DNA of 64,000 bases from an uncultured delta proteobacterium (lineage in GTDB: Bacteria > Desulfobacterota > Binatia > UBA9968), in NCBI GenBank assembly GCA_963755715.1, contig CAVWLW010000052.1:32001-96000 (forward strand), written 5' to 3'. This document shows, one piece after another, positions 61,723-64,000 of the stretch; position 1 is the stretch's first letter, and every line of letters begins with the position of its first letter. The translations under genes were made by a program, and so were the position numbers. Below the pieces are notes generated by a model. That model was not told the origin of the DNA, searched no databases, and was given only the letters and a program-made list of their open reading frames with translations.

Positions 61723-62671
61723 CTAATTCCCCACCGGCGCAAACAGTTCGCTGAGCGGTGCGCGATAAGGAATGTAACCCTGCTCGTGCGCATACTCGAC
61801 GAATTTTTCCAGCACCACTTGATTCTCCGGCGTCAGACCGTGGCCCCACGGATTCTTGCCGAAAGACTTCTTCCTCTTCTTCTAAAATCAGCACGGCGCT
61901 GGGAAATGCGGAACGCTTGGCGTAGTCGTAGGATTTTCGACAGAGTTCCTCAGCCTGATTGAACGCTTCTAACAGACTCGAAACCAGCCAGGGATTTTCA
62001 TCGAAAAGCGATTGGCGCACGACCAAAGTGTGGGTGATCGGAAAGATTTTGGTCTTGCGAAAGTAGTCGTTGACCGTGCTGCGCGGGTCCTTGAACAGGC
62101 GCTCAATGCGCGGATCTTTGGCCCGGAACGACGGCACGATATTGGGCGGAATCAACGCGTCGATCTCGCCGCGGAGCAACAGCGCTTCGGTAGGCTCGTC
62201 GACAACGGTAATTTTGATGCCTTTGGGCGGCTGGTAGCCGGCGCGCTCAGGATCCGAGGTGTACCATTCGCATTCCTCGGGCCGCACGCCGTAATGCTCC
62301 TGGAGAATGCCCCTGGCCCAGAGGCCGACAGTCAGGCGGTACTCATCCATGCCGATTTTCTTCCCTTTGAGATCTTCGGGCTTTTCAATTCCCGATGCGG
62401 GCGAACAGAAAATGTACGGATGAATTTGCATGCGCAACGGAAAAATAGGCAAGGCGATGACCGGTTCTTTGCGGCAGCGCGCCATCATATACCAGGAGAG
62501 CGACATCTCGGCGATGTCGAATTCCTCATACACCGGCCGCATGCAGGCTTCGCCGGTCTCCGCGCGACGCGGTTGCAGCTTGATTCTTGCCGCAGTCACT
62601 TCGCCGTTCAGCAGCGGTCGCGTGCGGTGATAGTCGGCGAGCATGAGGGTCAGTTCGAGATCGGGTGCCAT
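61723..62671 (-). CDS. 4,5-dihydroxyphthalate decarboxylase-like protein (frameshift near 61860)
   Basis: DYHRTRPL, FDIAEMSLS, TVGLWARGIL, IFPITH; reconstructed end YAHEQG...ELFAPVGN*. Confidence 0.82.
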
Positions 62672-62691
62672 GATGTCTCCTTCGTAACGTT

Positions 62692-63669
62692 TCAGCGATT
62701 CTGACCGAGAGCCTTTGACAACAAAGATCGCGCGAAGAATTTCTCAGCGCCGCCGAGTTTTTTCGCCTCCGCTTCGATGTGCGCGGCGACGAAAAGGGCT
62801 TCAATATCTTCCTTGGTGATGCCGATCGAATAAACCGTCGAAAATTGATTGACTACTTTGCGTATAGTCGCGGGGTCGCCGAACTTGTTGCTTTTAATGA
62901 TGTTGGCGGCGACCTTTTCTCTATCGGTTCGAAGAAAATCGAGCCCCCGCTTCATGCCTCTCAGCAGCGCGGTTACGCCGTCGGGGTCGGTTTCCGCTTT
63001 GCGCTTGCTCGACAATATCACAACGAAAGGAAACCCGGAAACCACGTTGCCGATATCGAAGAGCACAGGGAAGCCTTTTTGTTCTAGCTCGATGCGTTCC
63101 ATGAACGAAAATGGCGATGCATGGATCCTGCCGCCTTCTAGAGCTTGGGCACGCGCCGGGCTGTTGCCGACGCCGTACAGTATCTTGTAATCGCGATCGC
63201 GCACGAGTCCCTTTTTTGCGAGTCCTTCGACTGCGGCGTATTCGGCGATGCCGCCGGCGCCGGTGACGCCGACGATCTTGCCCTTTAAGTCGCTCACCTG
63301 CGTGATGCCCTTGGCGCCCATCAGCGTATAATCCATGTAGGGCTGCATGCCGCTGACGATCGTCAGCGGCGCGCCCTGTGCGATCGCTCGCACGGCCGGC
63401 ACGCCGGCGACGATCGTATAGTCGACGTCCCCGCCGACGAGGGCGGCGATGGCCGTCGGCCCGCCGCGAATAAAGATGGTTTTGACTTCGAGGCCCTCGG
63501 CCGCGAAGAAGCCGAAATCGACGCCGACGATCAACGGCAGCGTGCTGTTCAGAGTCGGCGTCTGATAGGCGAAGGTGACGGGCTTGGCCGATGCGAATGG
63601 TGCACCGATCAAGCTAATAAGGGACGCTACAAGTAATAGGATGCGCGAATTGTGTGTCAGAGATTTCAT
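62692..63669 (-). CDS. ABC substrate-binding protein, NMT1/SsuA-like
   Basis: GFFAAEGLEV; LKGKIVGVTGAGG. Confidence 0.9.
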   Translation of the reverse strand: MKSLTHNSRILLLVASLISLIGAPFASAKPVTFAYQTPTLNSTLPLIVGVDFGFFAAEGLEVKTIFIRGGPTAIAALVGGDVDYTIVAGVPAVRAIAQGAPLTIVSGMQPYMDYTLMGAKGITQVSDLKGKIVGVTGAGGIAEYAAVEGLAKKGLVRDRDYKILYGVGNSPARAQALEGGRIHASPFSFMERIELEQKGFPVLFDIGNVVSGFPFVVILSSKRKAETDPDGVTALLRGMKRGLDFLRTDREKVAANIIKSNKFGDPATIRKVVNQFSTVYSIGITKEDIEALFVAAHIEAEAKKLGGAEKFFARSLLSKALGQNR

Positions 63670-63683
63670 TCAGCTCATTTCTT

Positions 63684-64000
63684 CTATAGATCGAGTGTGC
63701 TTTTTGCGAACAGCTCCTCGATTTTCGGTTTCTTGGTGATCAGGCCTTGCTCGTGGGAAAAATCGATCAAGGTTTCGAGCATCTTGCGATTACCTTTAAC
63801 GCCGTACGGATAGGGATCGTTGCCGAACATTTCTTGGGTCATCGTGAGATATTCTTTGCCGAAAAACAGTCCTGAAGGAATGCTGTCCGCCAGCTTGGCG
63901 TTGAAATACGCTTTGGCTTTGACAAAGCCGGTGTAAAGGTTGAACGCGACCCAAGGATATTTTTTGTAAATATCGCCGCGAACTGTGTAGGTGTGATTGA
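63684..64000 (-). CDS. C-terminal part of another Pht5-like protein (partial)
   Basis: Manual translation YPWVAFNLY...FGNDPYPYGVKGNRKMLETLIDFSHEQGL...EELFAKSTLDL*. Confidence 0.8.
   Translation of the reverse strand, partial: NHTYTVRGDIYKKYPWVAFNLYTGFVKAKAYFNAKLADSIPSGLFFGKEYLTMTQEMFGNDPYPYGVKGNRKMLETLIDFSHEQGLITKKPKIEELFAKSTLDL

Noticed and set aside
400-61870. About 14 genes split by single-base frameshifts (near 410, 6640, 11925, 15790, 24283, 27560, 30838, 43025, 45368/45435, 47822, 50520/51143, 56140, 59140, 61860), read as programmed frameshifting or mass pseudogenisation
   Set aside because: The indels are scattered across unrelated genes with otherwise intact motifs, with no shared slippery sequence and no nonsense substitutions. 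Long-read consensus error is the simplest explanation; read polishing would settle it.

Overview
A 64-kb, GC-rich bacterial chromosomal segment. By inference from gene content it looks like Candidatus Binatia/Binatota (UBA9968-like). It is dominated by solute-binding proteins (nine NMT1/SsuA-like, with no ABC permease or ATPase in the window) interleaved with catabolic enzymes: ThDP enzymes, amidohydrolases, UbiD, crotonases, acyl-CoA ligases, Pht5-like decarboxylases, a ComDE-like pair and a TctCBA transporter. About 14 genes are broken by single-base indels, most likely long-read assembly errors. The most unusual part is the accessory region of about 11 kb between two convergent acyl-CoA ligase genes (44.4-55.5 kb). 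It carries (i) a GAPDH homolog that has lost its catalytic Cys and substrate sites and is translationally coupled to an intact gap, and (ii) two ~380-bp direct repeats, each a YgiT-type zinc-finger gene plus a decayed copy of the ligase 3' end with a perfectly conserved 21-bp core, bracketing an orphan tadE-tadE-tadG cassette. Also notable are a membrane-anchored ~1040-aa coiled-coil protein built from ten 78/71-aa repeats, a C-terminal motif shared by the orphan SBPs, and several REP-like repeat families. No rRNA, tRNA, CRISPR array, integrase or transposase was seen.
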